Part shown: positions 27,201 through 41,399 of the stretch, piece after piece
Position numbering within the stretch: position 1 is the stretch's first letter
How the letters are laid out: every line of letters starts with the position of its first letter
Source of the DNA: Octopus vulgaris
Lineage: Eukaryota
Direction of reading: 5' to 3'
Assembly (NCBI GenBank): GCA_951406725.2
Contig: OX597843.1
Coordinates: 20,398,001 to 20,462,000 of the forward strand
DNA: 64,000 nt
The notes under the pieces: model-generated
The model's input: the letters and a program-made list of their open reading frames with translations, nothing else
What the model was told of the DNA's origin: nothing
Database searches by the model: none
Program-made: the position numbers and the translations under genes

Positions 27201-27560
27201 TAATAATTCTATCCAATATGGATTTGCTGATTCTACCCAAGTCAGATTTAGTTGTGCAAATTAATCGTATTGACAGCTTGGCAAGAAAATCTTTTTCATG
27301 GTGGTTTAGGGTGCAGTGCGGGGTCTTAGGATCGTAAGGTTGCGTGCAGTCAAGGATTCCCAATTCAGAAATTAAGTCGTAGTGTCTATTATTAATGTCG
27401 GTAAGAGCCGATTTCTTGGCGATTTTGTATTTAGCGTGCAGCTCTTTGGATATCAATTTATCATAAGTTTCATAAGGCACTGAATAAATATTCCCCTTTT
27501 TATCAGAAAGATGATAGGTCAATAACTTGAAACTCGGGGCCCTGTGTATCTTAAGTTGAA
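24280..27560 (-). mobile_element. Penelope-like retroelement (Naiad-like), RT + GIY-YIG, decayed
   Basis: RT motifs FVQFDI, ITMGSSDSAQV and IYWDD; thumb FFDITL..RKPN...YINVSSNHP. Linker CNCR..CP.SGNC..VV. GIY-YIG KIYIGST.FK.RY.SH...CGLC.RE...LNK..C.H. A 3' hammerhead is present. Confidence 0.85.
24439..24520 (-). ncRNA. Type I minimal hammerhead ribozyme of a Penelope-like element pLTR
   Basis: Minus strand reads catc-CUGAUGA-ggggugugcc..ggcgcgucucc-GAAAC-ggccc-GUA-gagg. It lies downstream of the GIY-YIG ORF in the same orientation. Confidence 0.75.
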
Positions 27561-27709
27561 GACGGGAAGGATGGCTTCCCTTTGCAAATACTGATAGGTC
27601 ACAGAAAGTGTGCCTATAGCCAGCTGGAGGAGATGTCTTCCTGGGGCTAAAAACTACAGTAGCATCCACCCTTAGGGGTTAGCCATATTCAAATGGCATA
27701 TTTACGTCA

Positions 27710-28170
27710 CGATATTTATATTATTTATATCTTTAAAAAAATGTTTAAATATTTCTGATTATTTTAAAAATATTTCAATTAACATGAAGATTGACTGTAA
27801 CCATAACTCGAATTATTAATTGAACTTAAATTATTGTTATTCGAATTGGTACAGCCATGAAACGATCGTAGTGTTTTACTCTATCTCTTAATACTTTTGA
27901 TATTTATAAAATAAAAAAAAATAAAAATAAAATAAAATAAAAAAACAACAAAAAAATTAAATAAATAAATAAAAAATAAATAAATAAATACTATAAATAA
28001 AGATATATTCACACACACATATATATATATATATATTTAAATTGATAAGTTTAAATTATTTAAATAATTTTTTAATTTTTAACTTTCATATTTTAAATTA
28101 ATTTTATGTATTGACTTATGTTTTTCACTGTTTGATTTGCCTAATAGTGGTTTTATCTCTAATATGTATA
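27710..28170 (+). mobile_element. Short non-coding hammerhead-bearing repeat (PLE pLTR or retrozyme-like)
   Basis: Degenerate core aaca-UGAAGA..GAAAC-gauc-GUA-guguu at 27781-27875. The end block 28110-28165 is the near reverse complement of 63731-63785. Confidence 0.6.
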
Positions 28171-28180
28171 TATATATATG

Positions 28181-28294
<114 letters not shown>

Positions 28295-28346
28295 TATTAA
28301 TTATCAATTTCACCAATTATATATGCAAAGGGACCATTTAAGGCGA

Positions 28347-28394
<48 letters not shown>

Positions 28395-29312
28395 TGTATA
28401 TATGAGGAGGAAAACTATATAAAAATGTGTTATTCACGATGCACCTAAATTTATTGTTTTTTTTAATAAAATTTTTTGAATTGTTTTTTTATTTACATAT
28501 ATACCAAACTGGTTTCAACAATACTTTTGGTTTATCAATGGTAAAAATTTAAAATAATGAACGTGAAACAATATGTTTCAATGTTTACAAGTTTCAGTAC
28601 TATGAAATATGATTTAAATATTCATAACATTCAATAATATAAAAGATGTGGAACGTCTTGGTTAAAAGCATAACATTCAAAATATCGATAAGAAATATCT
28701 ATCATCAGAGTTTCTGCCATACAGGGTAAAGAAGGAGAAAAACAAGGGAGAAATTGATATAGTAGAAAAAGGGAAATCTTTGAGCACAGTCCCTGTGAAT
28801 CATTTTCCGTCGTGTGCAAGGACTTTTGCTTGTAACGGCGTTTTTTGGAATTGGATGTGTTTACAATTTTTTCCGTGAACCATTCTGATATTTGATTCAT
28901 TAAATTACAGGTGACGTCTAAGTTTTCTGGTGGGCAAGGTTGTGGTCCTACCTGATTGACGTCTCTGTGGGGGACGGTCATCAGCCATTCCAGTTGGTTG
29001 ATTCTCTTAAAGCATTCGGTTCTGATCAGATGTAAAATTTCAATGATTTATGTGACATCAGCAACTGGTGTTTATATGGTGTTATTGTATGGCGATTTGG
29101 ACTTGCTATTTCGAAACCCGCGTTGAAGACTGGTACTAAAGTTTTTTAATTATGTCTGTTGCATCTCGGTTTTTATTGTGGAAAAATTATTTCTTTTTCC
29201 TTTTTATGTTTAGTGTTTAAACAGAGGTGAATAAGCGAGAATGAATTAAACGATATTCTTTATTCTATAACACTACAATTGTATATTGTTGACATGATAT
29301 AATTAATATATA

Positions 29313-29632
29313 GCGCATGGCTCTGTGGTTAGAACGTGGAGCTTACAATGGTGAGGTTGTGTGTTCGAATCCCGGACCAGGCTGGGTGTTGTGTTCTTGA
29401 GCAAGACACTTTATTTCGCGTTGCTCCAGTTCACTCAGCTATAGAAATGAGTTGCGACGTCACAGGTTCCAAGTTGTATCAGCCCTTTGCCTTTCCCTTA
29501 GATAGAGAGGGGAGGCCGCTATGCATGGGCGACTGCTGGTCTTCCATAAACAAACTTGCCCTGACTTGTGCCTGGGAGGGTAACTTTCTAGGTGCAATCC
29601 CACGGTCAGTCATGACCGACGGGGGGTCTCAG
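29313..29632 (+). repeat. tRNA-derived SINE (second family)
   Basis: A box tggctctgtggtt and B box gttcgaatccc, followed by a core-like gtgttcttgagcaagacact. Confidence 0.75.
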
Positions 29633-29878
29633 CCCAATCCTTACCATCTATCGTAGGTGTAAAATATGCTTTTATTTGAGTATTTCAATAAGTTCTACGT
29701 TAGATCATACTATCATTTCACAGACACATGTTCCACCTTTGAAGAATGGCAGTGATGACACAAGATATTAACCATATCATCTTATCAATGAACTACGGGA
29801 GTGATGTATAGACACAATTGCAGGGATATGGAATAAAGAATGTCGTTGAAACCATTCGCTTATTCCTCATCAGCTTTG

Positions 29879-29879
<1 letters not shown>

Positions 29880-29912
<33 letters not shown>

Positions 29913-29992
29913 TGTATGTATGTATGTATGTATGTATGTATGTATGTATGTATGTATGTATGTATGTATGTATGTATGTATGTGTGTGTGTG
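29880..29992. repeat. (TATG)n microsatellite
   Basis: Direct tandem array. Confidence 0.95.
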
Positions 29993-30263
29993 CCTCCCTT
30001 TCCTCTTTTACTTGTCTCAGTAAGTCTACTGCTTTGCAGCAGGAGAATCACCTTGAAGTATGTAACTCGAACGAATCGAGACCACTAACTATTCTTTTAA
30101 ACCCTGGTACTTACCCTGTCGGCCGCTTATGCGAAATCGCTGACTGACGAGGAATAATAAAAAGCACTAACATAGGTTGTGAAGAAGTAGTGAGTACAAA
30201 CATAGAGACTAAGTCACACACATAAACTCGCACATATATATATATTATATAATTATATATATA

Positions 30264-30325
<62 letters not shown>

Positions 30326-30329
30326 TATG

Positions 30330-30610
30330 AATGAGCTAGGACTCTAGTCCATGGAGCGAAAACCGGAGAGGTATGTAGTGATATGTGTGGAAGTTACTAG
30401 GGAAGCTGGTATCAAACTTTGGAATTCAGAATTATACCAGACCTCGAATTGGACGTCACTGCACTGTTCCTAAAACATTTAATATTAGGAGAATGTACTG
30501 CAATAGTTTGGAGTTCAAGTGCTCACAGATAGTTAACGCCCTGCCAACACATCTGAGGAGTGGGTGTAGATGTTTCAAGATACAACTTGACATCTTGCTA
30601 TCTAAGTGAA
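30330..30610 (+). mobile_element. CR1-like LINE ORF2 C-terminal remnant
   Basis: Translation ELGL.SMER..ERY..WKLL..LVSNFGI..GRHC...NALPTHLR..FKIQLD resembles a CR1 C-terminus. Confidence 0.6.
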
Positions 30611-31829
30611 CCAATATCATGATGAAGAAAAAGTAATATAAATAGCAAGAAAACAGACAAGATGGACAAACAAAACAATAACAAGAAAATTTGGGAATGA
30701 GGATAGAAATGATAATAAAAATATATCAACATAAGTAAAATTATCAGACATACAAACAGACACAAACATACGTGGGACACGCCAAACGTTGTTTTATGTT
30801 GTGGACGACTAGCTACATTAACATCCTTCCTAAGGAAATTGAAACGGTATATGCAGCCATCACCCTGAACAGTTTGACCAAATTGCCCCAGCTGTAGCTC
30901 ACTGTACAAATAAAAAATGACGACTACCAATTTCAGCACGTCATGTAATTGTAGAGTTTAAAATAACTCATATTATTGAACCAGTATCTCAAACGAGTGA
31001 GGATGAATATATTTCTATACTTTCTTCTCTTGAAGTGAGTATAACTCTGCATAAATATATAGTTCATAATATACCCACCTATAGACACAAATACAAACAT
31101 AGATATTCACGTGCAATCGTACATTCATACACAAAATGTTAGACATTTATGGAGACACATAGAGACACAAACATTTCATAGACACCTTCATACACAGTCT
31201 TGCATGAAAATAGTAGCAGAACATTAGTTAGAGATAGAGAGAGAAAAAGGAAGATGAGAAGACATCAAGTTCCTAGAGAAATTTTGTAAATAAAATAATA
31301 TCAAAAAACTTTAGCAACTTACATTTTCCCTAACCTTGGAAGATTTTGAAAGACTCCTTGTGGGATGGTTGTGATCTTATTCTTATGGAGATATCTGAAA
31401 AATAAAACACAGTTCAAAAGAAAAAGTATTAACAAGATTTCTTATAAAATATTAAATCTTGTATTTTTAGAATCATATTAATAAAAAGAGGACGGTGAAG
31501 GAGAAAATGGCCGCGATGATGTTGATGATGATGAGAAGGAGGATTGCGATGTTGATTGTAAATGTTGTAATAATGACGGTGAGAAGGAAAAGGGGGATAA
31601 TGATGATGATTATTATCGAAAAGGATGACAAACGCTACCGAGTAATTGGTGATGAAGACGTTGATTATTACGATGTTCATAACGAAGGTGATGATGATTC
31701 TGCATGCTAGAAATAGCAGAGTAAATGAGGGAAGGAAATAGTTATGATGACATGATAAATTATAACGATTAGTGAATACGAAAATATGATTAGCAGAAGG
31801 ACTATGAACATGATAGCGCTGAAGATGAT

Positions 31830-31831
31830 AC

Positions 31832-31876
<45 letters not shown>

Positions 31877-32205
31877 CGACGATGATGATGATGATGACGA
31901 TGATGAAGATGATGACAATAATGATGATGAAAGATGTGATGAAAAATTAGAAATTGATAAGAATAACGAAGAAGTTGAAGGAAAATAAATCATAGAATTA
32001 TAGATATAGAAAAATAGAAGAAGACGAAGAAGAAAAAGAAGAAGAAGAAGAAGAAAAAGAAGAAGAAGAAGAAGAAGAAGAAGAAGCAGAAGAAGAAGAA
32101 GAAGAAGAAGAAGAAGAAGAAGAAGAAGAAGAAGAAGAAGAAGAAGAAGAAGAAGAAGAAGAAGAAGAAGAAGAAGAAGAAGAAGAAGAAGAAGAAGAAG
32201 AAGCG
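31830..32205. repeat. (GAT)n and long (GAA)n trinucleotide microsatellites
   Basis: Direct tandem arrays at 31832-31930 and 32016-32203. Confidence 0.95.
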
Positions 32206-32988
32206 AAAATGATTCATGAAGAGAGGAGAAATCAGTTGAAAAAATTAAAAGCAGAAGAACCAGAAAATGATGAACAAGATGAATGTAGAGAAAAAGTTGT
32301 GAAGAAGACGATAAATGCAGGAAAAGAAGATATATTAAGACAAGAAAAATAACGTGGAATATCAGAATGGGGAAACAAGTGGGAATAAAGGAATATAAAT
32401 ACAAAAACTATAGTCACACATCAAACAAACGCAAACATATATGTATATATACACGTTTATGTATTTGTTTTGCAAGAATTTTGATGTGAAATCGTGTGTT
32501 GAAACAGATATTTGTTGTATTATTTCGGAATGATCATATTGCCAGTTTAGCCAATAAAAAACACACGCACTATATATTTGGTGTTACTTTCCTTCAGCGT
32601 TATTTATTTTTTACATTAATCTTACTCTTATTTCGGCCAGAGTTCTTTCGTCACGCTCCTGTGACCTCATCAGTGGTTTATTGCTTTCTTCATTTATATT
32701 TGTGTGTCTCTTCTTACTAACGGTCAGCCATTTTGTATTTTGTATTTCTATCGGATATGTCTTAATTTGCGCCTGAGTATACCTCAATATGTGTCTATAT
32801 TTAGTTAAAGTGTGTGTGTCTATGGGAGGGAGTGCCTGTAATATTTGTATCTCCTGTTTATATACGTTCGAAAGAAGATTAAGATTAACCTCAAAAATAA
32901 ATAAAGATGATTCAAAGTAACACCAAATATATAGTGCGTGAGTTTTTATTGGCAAAACTGGCAATATGACCATTCCTAAATACAAGAA

Positions 32989-33075
<87 letters not shown>

Positions 33076-33379
33076 ATGTGTGTGTGTGTGTCTGTGTACA
33101 TACACACATCCACCTATATATACATTATCAAACCCTGATGTATAAACGCACACACTCACTTCCAGCCCTCACATATATTCCCACTTTATTACACACAGGC
33201 AAACATAAATTGCAAGACAATATGAATTGTATAAGAATGAGGGTAAATAAAGAAGATAAGAGAGACATTTAGTTTGTGGAAATGACATTGGATGACATAT
33301 CGTGATCTTATTATGAAGAAGATGACTAACATAAGAGAAAGTTGATGATGAAGAATAGGCCGAAAAAGGAAACAACGAT

Positions 33380-33467
33380 GAAGCAGCAGCAGCAGCAGTT
33401 GTTGTGGTAGTAGTAGTAGTAGTTGTATTATTATTATTATTATTATTATTAGTAGTAGTAGTAGTAT

Positions 33468-33556
<89 letters not shown>

Positions 33557-33610
33557 TATGATGATGATGATGATGCTGATGATGATGATAAGCAACAACA
33601 ACAGCAACAA
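33380..33610. repeat. Compound trinucleotide repeat (CAG/TAG/TAT/GAA/GAT/CAA)
   Basis: Directly visible. Confidence 0.95.
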
Positions 33611-35392
33611 CATTAAAACAACAATAAGAGAAGTGGGAGAAAATGTCGGAGCTGAAGAAAAGAATGATGTAAAAAATAAGGAGGAAACGAAGGAGTCTGT
33701 CATGAAGACAACTTAAATATAATATTTCTGATCTTATAATAATTCTGCTTGTCATTATGTTAATTACTCCGTCGGTAACGCTTTCTCGTGATTAGAGAAA
33801 AAGAGGGAGAACGAAAAAGAGCGAAAGAGAAATGTCCATGACCTGAGGTAGAAGGAACGTGACTGTAATGTTTTCACGTGATTAGTTGAATGGAAAGAGA
33901 AACCAAGAGAAAGAAAAAGGAATGAGAAAACGAAAGTAACACAAATAGTGGAGCAGAAAGAGAGGGAGAGGGAGAAAAGGGGAGAGAAAAAAGAGCGAGG
34001 GAGAAAAAGTGGGAGAGGACATGTGGTAGGGGGAACGTAATATTTATAATGTGATGAAAAAGTTAGTTGAAGGTAGTGATATTGAGGAAGGTTACGAATA
34101 TAATTTTAGCAGAGCGGTGATGTTCTGATGGTGAGATTAAAGGAAGGCAGATACGTAGATAAAATGATAGATAGATCAACTGAGAAAATGAGAGAAAGGG
34201 GAGTGAGAGACGGTGGTAGTGGTTGTGGTGGAAGTGGTAATGGTGATGCATAATGCAAAGTAACTTCAATTGAACTAAGTATTTTATACCACCTTTGACT
34301 TAACGCATGCTCATAACTGCAATTCTGTTAAATATTCACACTTATTTACAGTGTCATATGTAAGGTGTTTATATATATATATTACAATTAAGAAATATAT
34401 ACACTATAATTAAAATATATATATTTCAATTAAAATAATGGTGGATACACAGTAAATTCCATCTCAACAAGATCCCGGTTGATGTTACTGCTTCTCATAC
34501 ATTCTGCCGTTGGTTGTGCTTCTGCTACGGCGAAATAGAAATTCGCAGTTTACGGTTATTTGATCGTTGTTCCAAAGCTGTGCTTATGAGATAAGCGAAT
34601 TACAAAACTTGACTGAACAGTGTATAGATAAAGAAGATTAGAAGCTACTCGGGAGAGGGTGAGGCACTACAGGCAGCGTATAAGAGAAGAACAGCGGTAA
34701 GAAACCAGAGAAAGGGACAAATGGTACCAACAGGTTTGACGATCTGCAATAGATGAAGAGCAACGCAAGGCACAATTGTAGTGAGAGAGAATGCGAGACC
34801 AAGGTAGAAGACAGGATGAGGAAGAACAAACACAGTACAAGGAACAACAAAGATTTATATTTCAGCGGAGAATGGAAATCATGAATGATATGCAGTGTGC
34901 GCAGTATCAGGAAAAAACAGAAAAGCGTAATGTAACAGAGAAGGGAGAATATGGATGATTTGGAAAGGGCTGCTTGTCTCCAAGATCAAACAGAGAGACA
35001 TCAAGATGGAGTTGCAAGTATGAATGCTGAACAGGCGTTACGTTTGCGAGATGAACAGGTGCAACGAAATCGTGAAAGAAGACATGGAGTACCACTGAAC
35101 AGACACGATAATCCTAAACGAACCTATCGTATTGGTGATATGTACTTATATTGCGAGTATTGTGGAGCACTGAACTTTAAATATGAAAACTTCATGTTCT
35201 TTCATAATATAAAGTGAATTTTCCTCCACTGCAACTAAACCCTCAGACATTGAAGCGTTTGTCTGAGAAAATTACCAAGAGTCTGCTTCATTTCGAAAAA
35301 AACACCAGCAATTACAACTGCATATCTTCCTTTACGTCATTTGGTGTGAAACTCTCTGTGCCGCAAGGAAGAGGTCTACATTGTTTCTGTAT

Positions 35393-37556
35393 TGTTGTGG
35401 AAGGATTCGACCACCTTCCAATTGACTTAAAGGGACCTTACACATTCCTATTAAATAGACAACTGTCGAGTCTTCAGCAATTAACTGGAAACTAGTTCAC
35501 TGTGAGCCATTGACAGAGAGCGTTGGGTAATCGATTCGCGTCGTGTGAACACTTTCTTTCCTCCTGATTCCTTAAATCCTACGTTCCAAACCAGGGTATA
35601 AAAGTGGCGAAGAGTTCTTCGAAGTTTGCGTTGGACTTTTAGATTTGTTTGGGATGGGTATAAACAAAAGAAAATCGCTTACGATAGAAGGCTTAATGGC
35701 GTCTGTGGTGCAGTTGCAACAGCAACAATAGTAACAACATCAAGAGCAACTACAACAGCAACAACAACAAAACCAATAGTTGCTGGAATCAATGTTAAAG
35801 AAGTCTAAAAATACTTCAGGTGCGAACTTGCCAGAAATCGTAGCAAACTCTATTGAAGAATTCAGTTATAATCCAGAAGATGGGATTACCTTCTCTGCAT
35901 ATTTTCTAAGATACGAATAAATTTTTAAAGAAGAATTTATAAATTGATCTGAGGGGGAAAATAGTACGACTACTTTGTAAGACAGGTATCCCATGCCAAA
36001 TACAAAAAAATATAGTAATTATATTCTTCCCATGAAGTCAGGTGAGATTTGTTTCAACAAATCTATTAACATTTTATCAAATGATTTAGAACTGGACCAA
36101 AATTAACTCTACAGACAGAAGAAGAAGAATGCCAGGGTACTCGACGCAGAGAAAAATGAAGAAAAAGATTGCTCTCATATTCCAGTGTCTCCACCGTAAC
36201 GGATAAGAAATCAGACAAAAAATGTCACGAAGGAGTCCATGTTGTGGTCTACATTTTAAAAGTAACTGCCCGTTTTAAATCCAAAACCGAAATTTTATCA
36301 AAACGTTTCAGGGAAAGGAGTTCTCTGCTAAATACTTGAGGACAGATTTTATATTTTGTCCAAAAACATGAAGATTTCGTCACCTGTGCCGAGGCTGTTA
36401 ACGGAAAGTGTAAAGAATTCAAATCCTATGAATTAAGATGATGTTCAAATGCATATTTTTGGTTTAAGGCCTAACTGCAAGCAAAGATGGAAATATATGT
36501 TCACGGATGTCAACAAAATTAGAACTGGACAAAAAGTAACTCTACAAACAGAAGCAGAAGAATGTCAGGAAATACCACGCAGAAAAAATGAAGAAAGCGA
36601 CGCCCAAAACGAAATTGAAGAAAAAGATTGCTCTCATATTCCAGTGTCTCCACCGTAACGGATAAGAAATAAGAGAAAAAATGTCAAGATCGAATCCATG
36701 TTGTGGGTGCGGTGGTCAACATTTTAAAAGTTACTGTTCGTTTAAAAATATAAAAAGCGTCAAATGTGGCAAGAGAGATCATAAAAAAATCACACTGTAG
36801 AACAAACCTGGAAAACAGTTCAACAGAAAGAAAACACGAAAACAGGTTATCGGTGACCAAAAAACGAACAGCCTCAAAGGAAATTTGTGTACGTAAAGTT
36901 GCAACTAGATAAGGGCAGTGAAACCTGTATAATTAACACAGATACATAGAAAAAACAGAAATCCTAGATTAAAAGACATTTCGAATATTGTAGGTGGTGT
37001 TTCAGGAAAATAATTACATTTTAATGGTGTAATGATAAATCACGTTCCATTTTGTAGGAAAACCTCACTAATTTATTCGGAACACTGAATAGAATTGCTT
37101 AACTTATCGGAAATCCCCATAAATCTTTTCAGTAAAAATGTGAATGGTTTTCTTGCCAATACAAATAAATCGTCGACTATTTGTAGAAATAATTTTAAAT
37201 GATTTTTTCTGAAGTTCTCTCTGATAAATTAGATCTCAGCATCACCACGAAAACGAAGTTCCAAGTAAAAGTAAATGCCAAACCTGTATTTAAATATAAA
37301 CGAACTGTAACTTTTGCATCGTTGGAACAGATAAACTTTTGCATCGTTAGAAACAAATAAACAAAATCAGAGTGTATGCTGATTTTTTCCACTGGTTTAA
37401 ATGAGTGACTTAAAACGTTCCACTATCAGCTACCTACCCTGGGGGATATATTTGCAAAATTAGACGGTGGCAAGGTATTTTCTTAATTGGATCTCTCTGA
37501 CGCGTACCTACATATTAGAGTAGACGATGAATGCTATAAATACCTAAAAATTAACG

Positions 37557-37592
<36 letters not shown>

Positions 37593-39681
37593 ACAGGTTA
37601 CTATATGTCTTTAATGTCACACCGGCAATTTTTCAACAGCTTATAGATGCAGTGTTAGCGGATAGTGAATTTGCATTTCCATATCTGGATGATATACTCA
37701 TTAAAAGCGGATCACGGGATCAACATGTAGAGCATATAATACATATGTTCGAAAAAATTAGGGATTACATTGAAAAAGAAAGCGTCATTTCTTTCTGACC
37801 GAAAATAAAATTGGACAAACAATTGAAAGAAATGGAGGAGGACCAGATCCGTTGAAGGCAGACGCAATTAAATACATGCCCCCTCCGATAAATATAACAA
37901 CCTTACATGATTGCTTTAGAGACAGGCTAATTATTAGCAAACTTATATTCTAAATATGCATAGGGTAAGTGTTACAGTAGATTATGTATTTAAAAAATGA
38001 CAATTGAAATTGCTCTGAAAATTGTCAAAGGGAATTCGACGAAATTTTAAAATATTAACATCTGATTTGTTGTTAGCACGCTTCGATTCTGTAGCGGAGA
38101 ATTTTGTAACTTCAGATGCCTCTGAATACTGTATCGGCGCAGTAATGCTACATAAATAAAAAGATGGTAACATGAAGGCAGTGGTTCTTGATATCAGCAG
38201 AAAAAATTACAGCCAAATAAAAAAAGAGGCTCTTCTAATTATTTTTGCCGTAAAAAATTGCATAGATTTTACACAGCAGAAGTTTTTGAATACAGACAGA
38301 TCATCGTCCGTTATTATCAGTATATGAGTAAAAGAAATAAATATCTAGCCGTACTGCTAATAGGCTGCAACGCTGGGGTACTGTATTATTAAACTATGAA
38401 TTAGGACATCTAAATAATTAGCTAATTGTTTATCAAGACCGATTTCAGAAAATGCTGAAGCATTTGAAGATACCGTGATTGCTACTTTGCGAGCGGAAAT
38501 TAAATTAAAAGCAAACTGTATAACTCCATGCGTGAACTGCTATTTACGTTACAAGACATAAAATTACAATTGGGAAACGATATATTCATTACAAAATGAA
38601 AGAAATGCAGAAGTGTTAAAGAGATAAAAGATATTCGAGCCTATCACGAGGTGTGACAATGTGCTGATGTATGCACAAAGAGTCGTAGTGCCAGCCACAC
38701 TACAAAAGCAATTACTAAAGGAATTTCATATTGCGTCAAAGGGATTTCGATAATGAAATCGTTAATGAGAAGTTAGGTATACTGGCCAACAACGGACTGT
38801 AACATTGAAGATATAGTGATAGTATGCAATACGCTGTTCTCTAGCTCCAAATACACCCGTCACAAAATGGCACCCGTGGCCAAAATCACTTAAGGTTTCA
38901 TATCACTTCGTTGTGGGGGACTGTTTTTCAACGTGGTCTGAAGTGCATAAATGTAGAAAGCAGACATCTCTGGTTACAAATATATTTGATGTTTGTTAGA
39001 ATAATCAGATCCATCTTTGATCAGCCGATACCGAGAGAAAATATATAAAAAAAGAAACAATATTTCAAAATTCTTCAAGTTAGGTGACAAAGTGTTTGAA
39101 GACCTATAGATATCGTAAACAAGGCTGGGAGGATGGTACAATTGTTATATAAATTGCAAGAATGATATTCCTGGTAAAAGGTAAAAACAAATATCGAACA
39201 TAAAAGACTTATTAACCAACTTAAAACCTGATTCAAGGAAAAATCAGACAAAAGAAGAGAATTTCTCATGAAAAAATTGCACGACACGTTTGAGGTACCA
39301 ACACAGAAACAATTTGTAATTACACGTTCTAGCACCAGAAAACGAAACGAATGGAAACACAAGAATTGAGCCCTAAACATAAGAGATTTTAAAATTCTGA
39401 GCGATTTTAATTCTCAAGTGGAGAATTTAGGGGAGACTAATTCTATAAAGGGGAGATGCTGTGGAAAGATTCTGACAACATTACAAGTGACTAAAAGTGG
39501 TCTGACACATTTCCATTACATGGAGAACTGTCTAGTCATAAGCAATTTATTGTGAACAATTGATTGGTAAGCATTTTCCTATGATCCGTTGGCAGAGAGC
39601 GTCGAGTCTCATGTAATAGTAATCGTATTGCGTCGTGTAAACAGCTTCGTTAAATTATATATCCAATACCAGGATATAGAA
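35393..39681 (+). mobile_element. Ty3/Gypsy LTR retrotransposon, decayed, both LTRs present
   Basis: LTRs at about 35393-35603 and 39457-39681. PBS-like tggcga at 35605 and PPT aaggggaga before 39457. gag CCHC near 36700-36800, protease LD.GS, RT LDLSDAYL and YLDDILI, RNase H DAS..IGAV and TDHRPL, integrase zinc-finger region. TSD tgtat/cgtat. Confidence 0.88.
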
Positions 39682-41399
39682 CGTATTCAGGGCCAAACTT
39701 AGCACAACACTACGAACTGTCAATGGTCGCCTGCAGTACAGTCAGTTGTATATTATTAATGCATCAAAGAGTGGAAGCAAGTCAGAACTCCCAAAGCTCT
39801 TCTCAAAGAATGGGTGTCATGTGCAACAAGTAAATCCTTAGGCTGAGTTATATGGGAACATGCACTTAATTGAACAACAAGAGATTGGAGGTGCCAGGAG
39901 TGAAAATGTACAATTACGAAAGTGTGAAATACATTTCAAAAGAACGGGATATATAAGGCGCTACAATTTTTCCCCTAGCAATGAAATAACTGCACCCTGA
40001 AATCCCTAATTGCCATGAGAGAGAAAATAATCTGCAGCGAAATAAGACTTTTGAAAACCGATATATCATTGGATTTCTGAAGGATATGGTGGACAGACAT
40101 GTATTTGATGTAAGAGTAACTCATGTCCGTCTCATTGAGTTTCAAAAGAGAGGACTTCCACACTCCCGTATGCTCGTAGACAAAGTGAAGATCAGAGATG
40201 ATATAGACAGAATGGTACCAGCAGAAATTTCTGATTCAAATGATGACCCCGTCTTACATGATTTAATTTTAAAAATGTCGTTCCATAGTATGTCGTTCCA
40301 TACTATGTTGGATGCTTCTTTACACCTATTAACCTATTGAAAAATTCCGAGCTCATATTAACTTTGAAGTTTGCTCATCTGTAAAAATGTCAAGTATATA
40401 TGCAAGTATGTCTAAAACGGTCGTGATAGCGCTTCAGTTGAAGTAAGGAATGATGCAGTTGCAGAAGGTGGACAGACTCAGTAACCCCAAGGCTAAATCA
40501 GAAATTATTTTGCGTGTTGATATGTTTCACCTTCTGAAGCCTTATGGAGAATGTCTACGTAGAAGCTGCATGACTCGTCCCACACTGTCTACAGATTAGC
40601 AGTTCACTTTGAAGACCAGCGGAGACTGAGATTTCACAGAGGTAGCACTTAGCAACCTGCTCAAGAACAGAGAGATCGTGACAATACTCTCACTGCATGG
40701 TTCAAACTGAATGAGCACGATTAACGGAAGTACTTGTACCCTAACATTCCTAAAAGTTATGTGTTTAATGAACGTACAAAAACCATGAACACTCAAGAGA
40801 AAAATCAATACCATCGGCTGCAGAATGAACACAGTGAGTCCTAAGGACGTAAAAAAAATTTCATTACGATTGCTATTTCGGATGTTCCAGGTGCTAAGCG
40901 CTTTGAGAAGTGAGCACTGTAGGAGGTGAAATCTATGCAACATTTAAAGATGCGTACATATGAGTTGGTCTCCTCCAAAATGATGAGGGTTTGGAGCATA
41001 CTATACTTGAAGCTGCTGCGTATCGGATGCCATTTCAGTTGTGTATTACGTTTGCTGTCCTCTGCACCTATTCAAGTTCTTCCAATGTTCTTCGCCTGTG
41101 GAATACTGACAAGAATTCCATGATGGAAAATTATGCTCACCGAGGGTTGAATGCAGACTCTACACTTCATAAATTCTGTGTTAATTGAAAATGGCACTAG
41201 CTGCCTTAATATTAGCTTGCTTGAACCAATTGGAATGTAACGGGTTGAGCAGAAAGATGACATGAACCACCCACTCATTGCAACCCTTACCAACGAGCAG
41301 AAAGGGATCGCCGATGCAGTCATTAAAGACAGTTGGTAAGAAAAGGTTGAGGTGAGATGCTGGAATCTTTCTATTTCTCTGCTGATTTTCCCGGAGGCT

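Noticed and set aside
29313-29390. tRNA gene
   Set aside because: The A/B boxes continue into a SINE body and there is no complete cloverleaf. The same applies at 44650 and 48065.
31802-33755. Long poly-Leu, poly-Ser, poly-Phe and poly-Tyr ORFs
   Set aside because: Translations of microsatellites.
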